DNA of 64,000 bases from an uncultured Pelagibacteraceae bacterium (GTDB lineage: Bacteria; Pseudomonadota; Alphaproteobacteria; Pelagibacterales; Pelagibacteraceae): NCBI GenBank assembly GCA_902623395.1, contig CACNTN010000003.1, positions 63,683 to 127,682 of the forward strand, read 5' to 3'. The notes beneath the pieces are model-generated. The model was not told the origin of the DNA, did no database searches, and saw only the letters and a list, made by a program, of their open reading frames with translations. The position numbers were made by a program, and so were the translations under genes. Within the stretch, counting starts at the first letter, position 1. The number at the start of each line of letters is the position of its first letter. This document shows, piece after piece, positions 46,307 through 56,838 of the stretch.

Positions 46307-46591
46307 TTAATTTTTAAGAAAATTGTCTGCATAAGATTTTATCACAAATTCTTTCTTCTTTGGCTTAATTACTTTAAATAAAATATTATTTTTTTTAGCA
46401 TAATCTATAGCTTGTTCTTTTGTTGAAAATTTTAGAACAACCTCTTCTAAAGTATCTGATGAGGTTTCCCAACCCATAAGAGGATTTATAGATGGGTCTT
46501 TAGTTTCAAATTCCAAAACCCATTTTTTAAGCTTTCCCCTGCCCGATTGCATTGCGGTTTTAGAAGGTATGTAAATTTTAGCTTTTTTCAT
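46307..46591 (-). CDS. ETC complex I NDUFS4-like small protein
   Basis: 94 aa. 'AKIYIPSKTAMQSGRGKLKKWVLEFE...NPLMGWETSSD' matches the bacterial NDUFS4/ETC_C1 pattern. Confidence 0.75.
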   Translation of the reverse strand: MKKAKIYIPSKTAMQSGRGKLKKWVLEFETKDPSINPLMGWETSSDTLEEVVLKFSTKEQAIDYAKKNNILFKVIKPKKKEFVIKSYADNFLKN

Positions 46592-46599
46592 GTTTATAA

Positions 46600-46676
<77 letters not shown>

Positions 46677-46749
46677 ATCGTCTGTTTTATAGGTTAATTA
46701 CACCTTTTTGGCAATTGAAAGATAACCGCTATACAAGTAAATAGTAACT

Positions 46750-47922
46750 ATGATCCAACGTATAACTAAGCCATTTAGAGAGTTTTTTAAATTAGAAGCC
46801 TCCTCTGGAATTATGCTTTTGATAGCAGCTATACTAGCATTGGTAATAAGTAATGGGACTTATAGTGATGAATATTTTTCAATTTTAAAAAAATACGTAA
46901 TACTTGGAACAGATAATTTTGGACTTAAATTAAGTGTTTTGCATTGGATTAATGATGTTCTAATGGCAATTTTCTTTTTTTTTGTTTCTCTAGAAATAAA
47001 AAGAGAATTTTTGCAAGGTGAGTTATCAAATCCTAAACAGGCTTTATTACCTATAATAGGGGCTGTAGGAGGTATGGTAGTGCCTGCTCTATTCTATATA
47101 TTTATTAATTACTCCGACAGCACAACATTAAATGGTTGGGCAATTCCATCAGCAACTGACATTGCTTTTTCATTGGGTGTACTGTCATTATTAGGAAAAA
47201 GAGTTCCAATTTCACTAAAAGTTTTTTTAACAGCTTTAGCAATTATAGACGATTTAGGTGCGATTGTAATCATAGCTTTTTTTTATTCAGGAAATATTCA
47301 ATCTATTTATCTAGTTTTAATGTTATTATCAGTAATAGTTTTAATTGGATTAAATAAATTTAAAGTAAATAATTTTTTACTTTATTTAATAATTGGAGTT
47401 TTTTTATGGGACTTTACTCATCAATCTGGTATTCATGCAACTATAGCAGGGGTTTTACTAGCATTAACAATTCCACATAATATTAAAGATAATAAAAATT
47501 CGTTATTATTAAAATTGGAACATACACTCTCACCATATGTTGCTTTTGGAATTATGCCACTTTTCGCTTTTGCAAATGCTGGCGTATCACTTGAGGGATT
47601 AACTTTTGCAACATTGTTAAATCCTGTTCCTTTAGGAATAGTTCTAGGATTATTTTTTGGAAAACAAATTGGAGTTTTTGTCTTATCCTATCTATCAGTT
47701 AAGTTGAAATTAGCTGACAAACCCACTAACTCTACCTGGCCAGCTTTTTATGCAGTCTCGATACTTACAGGAATTGGTTTTACTATGAGTTTATTTGTAG
47801 GAAATTTAGCTTTTGCAAATAATTTGGAATATATGGATGGAGTGAAAATTGGTGTTTTAGCTGGATCATTATTATCAACTTTATTTGGTTATTTCTTATT
47901 ACTTTTTTTTTCAAAGAAATGA
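46750..47922 (+). CDS. nhaA: Na+/H+ antiporter NhaA
   Basis: 'ALAIIDDLGAIVIIAFFY' is nearly identical to the E. coli NhaA motif. 390 aa, polytopic. Confidence 0.9.
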   Translation: MIQRITKPFREFFKLEASSGIMLLIAAILALVISNGTYSDEYFSILKKYVILGTDNFGLKLSVLHWINDVLMAIFFFFVSLEIKREFLQGELSNPKQALLPIIGAVGGMVVPALFYIFINYSDSTTLNGWAIPSATDIAFSLGVLSLLGKRVPISLKVFLTALAIIDDLGAIVIIAFFYSGNIQSIYLVLMLLSVIVLIGLNKFKVNNFLLYLIIGVFLWDFTHQSGIHATIAGVLLALTIPHNIKDNKNSLLLKLEHTLSPYVAFGIMPLFAFANAGVSLEGLTFATLLNPVPLGIVLGLFFGKQIGVFVLSYLSVKLKLADKPTNSTWPAFYAVSILTGIGFTMSLFVGNLAFANNLEYMDGVKIGVLAGSLLSTLFGYFLLLFFSKK

Positions 47923-48320
47923 TTAGCAAAGAAATTGTTAGAATAGCTTCTAATACATCTAATGTGGGGCTAAAAGATACATATTCACATAAAACCTCAT
48001 TAAAAAATAGATTATGTGGAGACAAAATAACTTTAGAATTAATTGTATTAAAAAAGAAAATATTATCAATGAAATATGAGACTGAGTCATGTATATATTG
48101 TGAGGCTTCCGCAAGCCTACTGTCAAAAAAAATCAAAAAATTTAACATTCAAACTATAAAAAATGAATTTAGAGATTTAAAAAGTATTTCTAAAAATAAG
48201 AGGTTTAAAATTCCTAAAAAATTTGCAGATTTTAATAAACTTTTTAATAGCGACAATTTTAATAGATTTAATTGTATATTTTTACCTTTTGATGCAGTAA
48301 TTAAAGCTTTAAAATTATGA
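47919..48320 (+). CDS. NifU/IscU/SufU-like Fe-S cluster scaffold protein
   Basis: Three-Cys pattern in 'RLCGDKITLEL', 'TESCIYCEASASLL' and 'RFNCIFLPFDAV'. 133 aa. Confidence 0.55.
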   Translation: MISKEIVRIASNTSNVGLKDTYSHKTSLKNRLCGDKITLELIVLKKKILSMKYETESCIYCEASASLLSKKIKKFNIQTIKNEFRDLKSISKNKRFKIPKKFADFNKLFNSDNFNRFNCIFLPFDAVIKALKL

Positions 48321-48853
48321 AAAAATTTTTAATAATATTAATCATGTTTGGTTTTTTTTCCAAGATCGCCGCAGATAATAATTCTAGTGCATATGATTTT
48401 AAGTTTACTAGTATTGATGGTAATCAAATTGAATTAAGTGACTATAAGAATAAGGTTATAGTTATAGTAAATGTTGCTAGTAGATGTGGATATACTCCTC
48501 AATACAAAAATTTACAGGATCTGTGGGCCAACTATAGAGATAAAGATCTGGTTGTTATAGGAGTTCCGACTAATAACTTCAAACAAGAACCGGGCTCAAA
48601 TAAAGAAATTAAGGATTTTTGTGAGACTAATTTTGGTATAACTTTTCCAATGACTGAAAAAGTTAATGTAATAGGAAGAAATTCCCATCCTTTTTATAAA
48701 TGGGCTAAAGAAGATTTTGGTATTGGTGCCATACCCAAATGGAATTTTCATAAAATTATAATTGGAAAAAATGGTAAAGTTATGGATACTTTTGCCTCAT
48801 TTACAAAACCCTCTTCGAAAAAATTTTTAAGTGTAATTGAGAAATTAATTTAG
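48317..48853 (+). CDS. glutathione peroxidase (Cys type, exported)
   Basis: Signal peptide. 'NVASRCGYTPQY' (TGT Cys codon at 48485-48487), 'IGVPTNNFKQEPG' and 'KWNFHKIII'. Confidence 0.85.
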   Translation: MKKFLIILIMFGFFSKIAADNNSSAYDFKFTSIDGNQIELSDYKNKVIVIVNVASRCGYTPQYKNLQDLWANYRDKDLVVIGVPTNNFKQEPGSNKEIKDFCETNFGITFPMTEKVNVIGRNSHPFYKWAKEDFGIGAIPKWNFHKIIIGKNGKVMDTFASFTKPSSKKFLSVIEKLI

Positions 48854-49620
48854 AAGTTAAAACTAAGTCCGTCATAAGCCGGAATTATATTTTTGGGTAA
48901 TTTTTTTTTTAATTCAAAATAATCTAGATCTGTATGTAAGTTTGTAAGTATTGATTTTCCTGGTTTAACTTTTTTAATCAATTCTAGAGCTTCTGCAAAA
49001 TTATAATGTGAGGGATGTTTATCTTCTTTTAAACAATCAATTATTAAAAAATCAATATTTTTTAAAAGTTTTAGATTCTTATTTGAAATACCATTACAAT
49101 CACTTATATAAACTATTTTATTTTTAATCACATATCCAGTAGCTTTAATTAAACCATGTTTAACATCGAAAGCTTGAAATGGTAAAATAGATTTTTTTTT
49201 CTTTATAATAAATCTGTTTTTAATTTTTTTGGCACTCATTATCGGCTTGTATCCATGCCTCTCCGAAAAACAAAAAGTATACTTGTTTTTCAATATATTT
49301 ATTGTTCTTGAACTTCCATAAATAGGAATCTTTTTTTTATTTTTCCAAAAAAAAGGTCTCATTTCAAAAATTCCGGAGGTTTGATCTGAATGCTCATGTG
49401 TATAGACAATTGCATCTAAAGTTCTAATTTTATTTTTTAAAAATTGCTCTTTAATATCTGGTGATGTGTCAATAAGAACAGATAAATTATTCAATTGAAT
49501 ATGTGCGCAACATCTTGATCTAATATTTTTATTATTTTTGCTCAATTTACCTCTATAATTAGTAATCCAAGGAGAACCGAGGGAACTTCCGCAACCTAAT
49601 ATTGTAAATTTATTTTTCAT
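48850..49620 (-). CDS. MBL-fold metallo-hydrolase (PhnP-like)
   Basis: 'YTHEHSDQTSG' is a variant HxHxDH motif. 256 aa. Conserved position downstream of metG-tatD. Confidence 0.7.
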   Translation of the reverse strand: MKNKFTILGCGSSLGSPWITNYRGKLSKNNKNIRSRCCAHIQLNNLSVLIDTSPDIKEQFLKNKIRTLDAIVYTHEHSDQTSGIFEMRPFFWKNKKKIPIYGSSRTINILKNKYTFCFSERHGYKPIMSAKKIKNRFIIKKKKSILPFQAFDVKHGLIKATGYVIKNKIVYISDCNGISNKNLKLLKNIDFLIIDCLKEDKHPSHYNFAEALELIKKVKPGKSILTNLHTDLDYFELKKKLPKNIIPAYDGLSFNF

Positions 49621-50393
49621 TCTAACTTTCCAAAAAGTTTATAAAAATTATTAGTTGTAATATTTGAAAATTCTTCAAAAGTTAATTTTTTTAAATCAGA
49701 TAAAAATTTAACTGTATGAATTATATAACATGGTTCGTTAGATTTACCTCTAAAAGGAACTGGTGCCAAATAAGGCGCATCTGTTTCAACTAAGATTTTT
49801 TCATCAGGAATTTGCATGAATGTATTTGCCAGATCAATTGATTTTTTAAAAGTTATAATTCCACTTGCTGAAATGTATGAGTCAATATCTAATAATTTGA
49901 ACGCAAATTCTTTTGACCCAGTAAAACAATGAATTAAAATTTTAAAATCCTTTTCTTTTTTATTTTTTTTTAAAATTTCTAAAGTTTCTCTATCTGCTGA
50001 CCTTGTGTGTATCACCAGAGGTAAATCGGTTTCTTGAGCTACTTTAATGTGTTTTTCGAAACATTGTAGCTGATCTTTTTTCTCAGAGTGATTATAATAA
50101 AAATCTAAACCTGTTTCTCCTATGCCTATTATTTTTTTGCTTGAATTTACCCTGGATAAAATATCAGATATTTTCAAATTTTTATGATTTTTAGCTTCAT
50201 GAGGATGAACTCCATATGTTCCATAAACAGAGTCATATTTTTTTACTATTTCTAAAATTTTATTAAAACTTTTATCCTCTGTTGAAATTGTTAACATATA
50301 TTTAACACCTTCTTTTTGTGCTCTATTAATTGTATCACCAATATCTAAAGACATCGGCTCATAAGTTAAATGGCAGTGAGAATCAATTATCAT
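49617..50393 (-). CDS. tatD: TatD-family metal-dependent hydrolase/DNase
   Basis: 'IIDSHCHL', 'IGETGLDFYY', 'PLVIHTR' and 'VETDAPYLAP'. Confidence 0.85.
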   Translation of the reverse strand: MIIDSHCHLTYEPMSLDIGDTINRAQKEGVKYMLTISTEDKSFNKILEIVKKYDSVYGTYGVHPHEAKNHKNLKISDILSRVNSSKKIIGIGETGLDFYYNHSEKKDQLQCFEKHIKVAQETDLPLVIHTRSADRETLEILKKNKKEKDFKILIHCFTGSKEFAFKLLDIDSYISASGIITFKKSIDLANTFMQIPDEKILVETDAPYLAPVPFRGKSNEPCYIIHTVKFLSDLKKLTFEEFSNITTNNFYKLFGKLE

Positions 50394-51924
50394 TTTCTAT
50401 TTTTTTAAAAAGTATGTCTAAATTTTTTAATTCTTGATTATGATCGAAAATACTATCGTTTGAAATATTTTCAATTAAAAGGTCTTTTTTTTTTAAATTT
50501 ATTACGTCTAAAACTTTATTTGTAGATTCAGGTATTATTGGATTCAACAAAATAGATATATTTTTAATTTGTTCAACACTTGTATACAGAATTGTATTCA
50601 TTCTATTAGGATCAGACTTTTTCAGTGACCAGGGCTCTGAGTCATTAAAATACTTATTAGCATCAAAAGAAAAGCTAACTACAATTTTAATGTATTCATT
50701 TAAATTTTGTTTATTAATTAATTTTATTAAATCTGGGATTTTATCTTTTAAATTATCGAGCATTTTAATATCTTTTGTTTCTAGTTTATTAGATCTTGGT
50801 ATTCTATTACTGCAATTTTTTTTTATAAAAGAAAAAACTCTTTGACATAAATTTCCATAATTATTTGCTAAATCATTATTTATACAATTTTTTAGATTTT
50901 GCATTGAAATAGAACCATCGTTACCTAAAGAAACTTCTTTTATTAAATAATATCTCAACTGATCAATGCCATATTTATTTATTATTTCTATTGGATCCAA
51001 TATATTTCCTAAAGATTTTGACATTTTCTTTTCATCTGACAAAATCCATCCATGTCCAAAAACTCTTTTTGGTAAGGGTAATTTAGCAGCAAGAAGAAAT
51101 GCAGGCCAATAGATAGCATGAAATCTTAAAATGTCTTTTCCAATAATATGGACATCTGCGGGCCAAAAAGATTTATATTTCGTTCCATCTGTATCAGGAA
51201 AATTTAATGCACTAATATAATTTGTTAAAGCATCTAACCATACATATATAATATGTTTACTATTTTCTGGAACTTGAATACCCCATGTAAAAGATGTTCT
51301 GCTAATAGATAAATCTTTTAACCCCTTTTTTACAAAACTAATAACTTCATTTTTTCTCGATGATGGTAGTATAAAGTCTTTATTTTTCTTATAATAATCT
51401 AGCAATTTATCTTGCCAAGCAGATAGCTTAAAAAAATAAGACTCTTCTTCTACCCAATCTACAGTAGATCCAGAGGATTTAGCTATTCTTTTACCCTCTT
51501 TCTTTTCAACTTCGTCTTCATCATAGAACGCTTCATCAGAAACGGAGTACCAACCACTATATTTATCTAAATAGATATCACCAGACTTGACTAATCTGTT
51601 CCATATATCTTTAACAGCATCATAATGTCTTTGTTCAGTAGTTCTTATAAAATCATCATTTGTTAAATTTAATATTTTAGTTAGTGATCGAAATTTTTCT
51701 GAAAGTTCGTCGCAAAATTCTTTAGGATTTTTATTATTTTTTTCTGCTTCTTTTTGTATTTTTTGACCATGTTCATCAGTGCCTGTTAAAAATAAAACAT
51801 CATATCCCTCTAATCTTTTAAACCTAGCAAAAATATCAGCCACAATACTTGAGTATGCGTGACCCATATGTGGCTTACCAGAGGGGTAATAAATAGGCGT
51901 AGTAATGTAAAAATTTTTATTCAT
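50383..51924 (-). CDS. metG: methionyl-tRNA synthetase
   Basis: 'PIYYPSGKPHMGHAYS' (HIGH region), 'KMSKSLGN' (KMSKS) and 'VWLDALTNY'. 513 aa, with no C-terminal Trbp111 domain. Confidence 0.95.
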   Translation of the reverse strand: MNKNFYITTPIYYPSGKPHMGHAYSSIVADIFARFKRLEGYDVLFLTGTDEHGQKIQKEAEKNNKNPKEFCDELSEKFRSLTKILNLTNDDFIRTTEQRHYDAVKDIWNRLVKSGDIYLDKYSGWYSVSDEAFYDEDEVEKKEGKRIAKSSGSTVDWVEEESYFFKLSAWQDKLLDYYKKNKDFILPSSRKNEVISFVKKGLKDLSISRTSFTWGIQVPENSKHIIYVWLDALTNYISALNFPDTDGTKYKSFWPADVHIIGKDILRFHAIYWPAFLLAAKLPLPKRVFGHGWILSDEKKMSKSLGNILDPIEIINKYGIDQLRYYLIKEVSLGNDGSISMQNLKNCINNDLANNYGNLCQRVFSFIKKNCSNRIPRSNKLETKDIKMLDNLKDKIPDLIKLINKQNLNEYIKIVVSFSFDANKYFNDSEPWSLKKSDPNRMNTILYTSVEQIKNISILLNPIIPESTNKVLDVINLKKKDLLIENISNDSIFDHNQELKNLDILFKKIENDN

Positions 51925-52852
51925 AATTAATTTTATTATTGACTGCAGATATTAAAGCATTTTGATTAATATTGTACATCATAAAACTATTTAAATTTTT
52001 AAAAATAAAATTCTTTAAATCATAAATCTTATCATCTCGAAAAATTTTTTTTTCTTTTAGTTCTCTTAAATAGAAATCAGCGATAAAAAAAGTCATATCA
52101 AAAAACAAATTTTCCTTATGTTTTTTATATAAATTTAACAATAAATTAAGATTTTCAGTAAAATTATTTGAAAAAGAAATATCATATTGTTTAATTATGT
52201 AGTTAAATTTAATAAAATATCCTGGTGTTAAATGAGTTTTTTTTGGGTCAAGAACTACTTCAATTGTAAAATGATCTATTAATTTATTAATAATATTAAC
52301 TCTTTCTTCTTCGCTTAAAACAATCTTTATTTCTAATGACCTTGATTTTATTGTATCTAAAATAGCTTTTTTTTTATTATTGATGAGAATAAAAAAAATA
52401 TTTTTACTAGGTTCTTCTAATATTTTAAGCAATGCGTTTAATGAGTTTAAATTGAATAATTCAATATCATCAAAAACAATAAATCTTTCTTTATTTAAAA
52501 TGGATGAGTGGAAAATTTTTTTTTTTAATTCTCTAATATCATCAATTTTAACAGAAGTATAATCAGCACCATTTACATAAGTAATATTAGGAAATAAATT
52601 ATTTTTAAATTGATTATAAAAAATAGAAGATTTTATTTGAACAAAATTTTTCTTATCATAATTTTTCTCATCAAAAATAGAATATAGGAAATGATTTACT
52701 AAAGTTGATTTTCCTAAGCTTTTGTTTCCAGTTAACATAATAACTTTAGGCAATTTTTTTTTATGGTAAAGAGATGATAAAAAGGTAAATTGATTATTTA
52801 ATCCAAAAAGATTTAAAGTATTTTTGGGATTAAAAAAAATAGGATTATTCAT
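51917..52852 (-). CDS. holB: DNA polymerase III subunit delta'
   Basis: AAA-like 'MLTGNKSLGKSTL' and 'KILEEP...FILI...ILDTIKSRS' motifs. tmk-holB-metG synteny. Confidence 0.7.
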   Translation of the reverse strand: MNNPIFFNPKNTLNLFGLNNQFTFLSSLYHKKKLPKVIMLTGNKSLGKSTLVNHFLYSIFDEKNYDKKNFVQIKSSIFYNQFKNNLFPNITYVNGADYTSVKIDDIRELKKKIFHSSILNKERFIVFDDIELFNLNSLNALLKILEEPSKNIFFILINNKKKAILDTIKSRSLEIKIVLSEEERVNIINKLIDHFTIEVVLDPKKTHLTPGYFIKFNYIIKQYDISFSNNFTENLNLLLNLYKKHKENLFFDMTFFIADFYLRELKEKKIFRDDKIYDLKNFIFKNLNSFMMYNINQNALISAVNNKINYE

Positions 52853-53495
52853 TTATATTTAATCGTTTTTTTACAATATCATAAATTTTATTTTCAAGCT
52901 TATCGTCATTATTAGAAGAATTAAGGATAAAATAATTTTTTTTTGATTTAGCTATTTTTATAAAAGAGTTTTGAGCTTTTGTATAAAAAGATTGTGAAAA
53001 TTTATCGTATCTATTTTTTTTTTTTCTTTTTTTTAATCTTTTACTCGCAGACTTATTGGAAACCTTTAAAACAAAAACAATATCTGGTTTAACTCTTTGA
53101 AGAATTTTTTCATGTATATTATTAATGAATTTTAAGTCAACTTTTTTCCCCAAGACTTGATAAGCTATTGTTGAGTCTATAAATCGATCGCAAATTACAA
53201 TCTTTTTTTTAATTAATGCGGGCTTTATTTTATTTTTAACATGTTCATTTCTTGCTGCTAAATAAAGTAAAGTATCTGTATATTTATCAAATTTTTCCGT
53301 ATTATCATTATCAAAATAATCTTTAAGAATTAAGTTTCTAATTAATTCTGCACTTCTGGTTCCACCCGGCTCCCTGGTCAGAATTGTTTTGATCTTTTTT
53401 TTTTTTAATTTGTTAAAGAGTTTTTTACTTTGAAAAGATTTTCCACAACCTTCTACTCCTTCGAAAACTATAAAATAAGGTTTTTTTTTATACAT
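52845..53495 (-). CDS. tmk: thymidylate kinase
   Basis: P-loop 'FEGVEGCGKS', 'TREPGGT' and 'CDRFIDSTIAYQ'. Confidence 0.85.
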   Translation of the reverse strand: MYKKKPYFIVFEGVEGCGKSFQSKKLFNKLKKKKIKTILTREPGGTRSAELIRNLILKDYFDNDNTEKFDKYTDTLLYLAARNEHVKNKIKPALIKKKIVICDRFIDSTIAYQVLGKKVDLKFINNIHEKILQRVKPDIVFVLKVSNKSASKRLKKRKKKNRYDKFSQSFYTKAQNSFIKIAKSKKNYFILNSSNNDDKLENKIYDIVKKRLNINE

Positions 53496-54636
53496 CTCCC
53501 CATATCAAATAATTAAGGGATGTTAAAAGACTTTTAAAAAAATTAACTTTTTTTAAGTCTTCTGCTGCATATAACGGTAAAGTTTTAAGAACTTGATCTT
53601 TTTTATTTACGATTATGTTTGCTACTTGTGAACCCTTCTGAATTGGAGCTGTAATAGGACCAGTATACTCAAGTGAAATTGATAAATGATTTATGTCTTT
53701 TTTGTTTATTGTAATGTAATAATCTTGTTTGGTGGTTGCTTTAATCTTATTTTTTGTACCTAACCATGTATCAAGCTCGAAGAAGGTTTCACCTTTTTTT
53801 GAAATCTCAAAAGTATTAGTATTTCTAAAACCCCAATTTAGTAATTTAAAAGACTCTGAGCTTCTTTGATTTTTTGTTTCAAAACCTGAGGCAACTGCTA
53901 TGATCCTTCTATCTTTTTTTTTCATTGTACTAGCAAGTGAATATTTTTCGACAGCTAAGTAACCAGTTTTAATTCCATCAACACCAACATTTTTATATAA
54001 TAAAGGATTTCTATTACCTTGTTTAATAGGTTCACCACCTGTCCTATCCCATGTAAAAGTTTTTTCAGCAAAAAGCTCATAGTAAATTGGATAATTTTTA
54101 ATCAAGAATTTTGACATTAAAGCTATGTCCCTCACTGTTGAAATATTATCTGGATCATTTATTCCTGAAGAGTTTGTAAAATTAGTTGATGTCATGCCTA
54201 TTTCGCCAGCTTTTTCGTTCATCATATCTGCAAAATTTTCTTCAGAACCAGCTATACCTTCGGCTAAAGCAATACAGGCATCATTTCCTGATGCAATAAT
54301 TATACCTTTTAAAAGATTCTCAACTGAGACTTGATCATTTATCATAATAAACATTGATGAGTAGCCAGCTTGAGATAATCTCCAAGCATTTTCAGAAATA
54401 GTAAATTTATCGTCTAAAGCTAGTTTGTTATTTTTAATTAAATCAAAAGCAACTATAGCTGTCATAATCTTAGTCATAGAAGCAGGATATATTTGGCTAT
54501 CTGGATCAAGTTCAAACAAAACTTCATCTGAATGATAATCTAATAATATTCCAGTTCTTGCTTTTAAATTTGGATTGGCAAATGTATCAACATTCAAACT
54601 AAAAAAGAAAAGTATAACAATTAAAAATTTATTCAT
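53488..54636 (-). CDS. dacC: D-alanyl-D-alanine carboxypeptidase (PBP5/6 class)
   Basis: Signal peptide. 'PASMTKIMT' (SxxK), 'ASGNDA' (SxN), 'IKTGYL' (KTG). C-terminal PBP5_C domain. Confidence 0.85.
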   Translation of the reverse strand: MNKFLIVILFFFSLNVDTFANPNLKARTGILLDYHSDEVLFELDPDSQIYPASMTKIMTAIVAFDLIKNNKLALDDKFTISENAWRLSQAGYSSMFIMINDQVSVENLLKGIIIASGNDACIALAEGIAGSEENFADMMNEKAGEIGMTSTNFTNSSGINDPDNISTVRDIALMSKFLIKNYPIYYELFAEKTFTWDRTGGEPIKQGNRNPLLYKNVGVDGIKTGYLAVEKYSLASTMKKKDRRIIAVASGFETKNQRSSESFKLLNWGFRNTNTFEISKKGETFFELDTWLGTKNKIKATTKQDYYITINKKDINHLSISLEYTGPITAPIQKGSQVANIIVNKKDQVLKTLPLYAAEDLKKVNFFKSLLTSLNYLIWGDV

Positions 54637-55366
54637 TTATAAAAATATTTAACTCCTCGAATCCGAAATTTTTAAGCTTAATGTAGTCATTTTTTAATAA
54701 ATTAACAGAAATATATGGTCCTGAAATAACTTGCGTTTCCTTAGTATTTATCTTCCTTATTTTAAGTTTTTTATTATCAAATTCGCTCAATTCTTTTAAG
54801 ATTCTTTGTCTTAAAAATTTAGCTGTCTCATTTGAATAAAATGAAGCAATATGTATGAACATTTTATCTAATTTTTCTTTTTTTTGTTTATCTTTATTTT
54901 TTGAAATATTTGAAATTTGTACAGTAGCGACTGGGGCTTTTGAAGGTATTTTTTTTTCTTCATTAAATATCTCAGCTTTCTTTGCTACAAAAGATTTATT
55001 TTTTTTTACCTCAATCAGTTCAAGTATTGGTAATTCATTATTTAAATCTAATTTTTCTGCAACTGGCTTAGTAATTAATATTTTATAAAAATCTGGATAT
55101 TTTATTCGTTTAGTATTTTTCAAAACTATATATTGTTTATTTTTAGGGTTAATGATTTTAATTAAAGATCCAATTTTTAAATTTTGATGTGAAATTTGTA
55201 ATAATTCGTTATTTAATTTTCCGCTTATATTTTTATTATCAAAATCTATATCATTATATATATATGCAAATCCTTTTGCGCTATATAACTGTTTTTGGTT
55301 AACAGTAGACATATGAGGTGCACAAGATAGATATAAAATAAAAATTATTAATAGATTAAATTTCAT
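54629..55366 (-). CDS. RlpA-position lipoprotein with a degenerate DPBB-like region and a C-terminal SPOR-like domain
   Basis: Lipobox 'YLSC'. 'ISHQNLKIGSLIKIINPKNKQYIVLKNTKR' resembles the RlpA DPBB strand pattern. 'MFIHIASFYSNETAKFLRQRI' is SPOR-like. Lies between mltB-like and dacC, as rlpA does. Confidence 0.45.
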   Translation of the reverse strand: MKFNLLIIFILYLSCAPHMSTVNQKQLYSAKGFAYIYNDIDFDNKNISGKLNNELLQISHQNLKIGSLIKIINPKNKQYIVLKNTKRIKYPDFYKILITKPVAEKLDLNNELPILELIEVKKNKSFVAKKAEIFNEEKKIPSKAPVATVQISNISKNKDKQKKEKLDKMFIHIASFYSNETAKFLRQRILKELSEFDNKKLKIRKINTKETQVISGPYISVNLLKNDYIKLKNFGFEELNIFINE

Positions 55367-56366
55367 TTTTAAAATTTTCTTTTAAAGTACATACAGCTAA
55401 CGCAAATCTCAAAGATCTATTCCAATTTAAAATTTTTTCATAATTTTCAAAAATTATGTAAGCAGGTGATAATGTTTCTGCACCTGGTATAATATCCTTA
55501 TCTGGTATTATTATTGCAGCAACAATATTTTCATTTATATTTAAACCATCAAAATTTTTAATATATTTTTTTAAAAATTTAATTTTTTTCTTGTTTTTAA
55601 TATTTCTTGCAGATGAATTTAGGTATTTTTTTGGTATATTTTCTTGAAGCTCAATCTTAAAAAAACATGGTTGATTTTTTTTCCAGCCTATAGTTTTTAA
55701 ATAATTTGCTGCCGAGGCAAATGAGTCCTCAATTTTTTTTAATTCAATGGTTTCGTTTTTATTATAATCAATTGCGTAATTTCTAATGGTTCTCGGCATA
55801 AATTGAAAGTTTCCAAAAGCTCCAGCCCAAGATCCATATAATATTTCTTTACTGATAATTTTTTTATCCACAAGTTTTAACAAAATTAATAGTTCCTGTG
55901 TAAAAAAATTACTTCTTCGTTTATCAAAGCTTAAAGTTGCTAGAGATGAAATTATATCCATTTTTCCTAAATATTTACCAAAATTTGTTTCGATGCCCAT
56001 TAAAGCTAGAAGCAACTCTTTTTCTACGTCAAATTCTTTTTCTATAGTTTCAATAATAAATTTTTCTTTTTTATAGAGTTTTAATCCTTCCCTGACCTTG
56101 CGACTTGAGGTTCTTTTTTTTATATATGTGAAAGTATCCTCGTAGAACTCTGGTTGATAACGATCATATTCTATTACTTTTGGTAAAAATTTAGCTCCTG
56201 ACATTATTTCTTTAACGACATTTTCAGAAACTCCGGAATTTATAGCTTTAATTTGAAAATCTTTTAACCAGATATTAAATTCTTCTTTTGCAAAAGATTG
56301 AACTGAGATTAAGAGATATAAAACGAATGAATTTATAAATAATTTAAACATTTTTATAATTATCAT
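55356..56366 (-). CDS. lytic murein transglycosylase (MltB/SLT_2 family)
   Basis: 'LMGIETNFGKYLG' (catalytic Glu), 'GSWAGAFGNFQFMP' and 'SFASAANYL'. Confidence 0.8.
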   Translation of the reverse strand: MIIIKMFKLFINSFVLYLLISVQSFAKEEFNIWLKDFQIKAINSGVSENVVKEIMSGAKFLPKVIEYDRYQPEFYEDTFTYIKKRTSSRKVREGLKLYKKEKFIIETIEKEFDVEKELLLALMGIETNFGKYLGKMDIISSLATLSFDKRRSNFFTQELLILLKLVDKKIISKEILYGSWAGAFGNFQFMPRTIRNYAIDYNKNETIELKKIEDSFASAANYLKTIGWKKNQPCFFKIELQENIPKKYLNSSARNIKNKKKIKFLKKYIKNFDGLNINENIVAAIIIPDKDIIPGAETLSPAYIIFENYEKILNWNRSLRFALAVCTLKENFKNEI

Positions 56367-56458
56367 AATTAATTGATATTAACTAGTTTAACAAAATACC
56401 ACTTATTTATTGTTATTTTAGCTCTTTGATAGTATTAAAGAAACCTGGTTAAATTCTT

Positions 56459-56548
56459 GGAGAGGTGGCTGAGCGGTTGAAAGCACTGGTCTTGAAAACC
56501 AGCAACGGGGCAACTCGTTCGTGGGTTCGAATCCCACCCTCTCCGCCA
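56459..56548 (+). tRNA. tRNA-Ser (anticodon UGA)
   Basis: Acceptor GGAGAGG/CCTCTCC. Anticodon stem CTGGT/ACCAG with loop CTTGAAA. Long variable arm. T-arm GTGGG-TTCGAAT-CCCAC. Encoded CCA. Confidence 0.9.
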
Positions 56549-56806
56549 TTAAATTTTAAAATCTTTGAAAATTCCAGAAATTTTGTTTTTTTCAATATTT
56601 TTCTCCGAAATGTCATGCTGATAAAAATTTAATATAGTTTCGTCCTCGAATTTAAGAAATTCATCCAATGCAATTAAAAGATCTTCGTCAAAAGTGTGAA
56701 TATACTTATTAACAAATGAGCTTAATAAAATATCCATTTCTTTTGTCCCGCGATACTCTGCACGATAAATCAATTTTTTTTTTAATATTTCTAATTTATT
56801 GTTCAT
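56549..56806 (-). CDS. sdhE: succinate dehydrogenase FAD-assembly factor SdhE (DUF339)
   Basis: 85 aa. 'LIYRAEYRGTKEMDILLSSF' carries the RGxxE(L/M)D motif. Its stop codon abuts the 3' end of tRNA-Ser on the other strand. Confidence 0.75.
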   Translation of the reverse strand: MNNKLEILKKKLIYRAEYRGTKEMDILLSSFVNKYIHTFDEDLLIALDEFLKFEDETILNFYQHDISEKNIEKNKISGIFKDFKI

Positions 56807-56838
56807 AAAATTATATTATACATAATTTATACAATTTA

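Noticed and set aside
47783-48148. 121-aa minus-strand ORF spanning the nhaA end and the NifU-like gene
   Set aside because: It crosses a gene boundary on the opposite strand, has no family resemblance and is low complexity.
48485-48487. Possible selenocysteine in the glutathione peroxidase active site
   Set aside because: The active-site codon is TGT (Cys), not TGA, and there is no in-frame stop.
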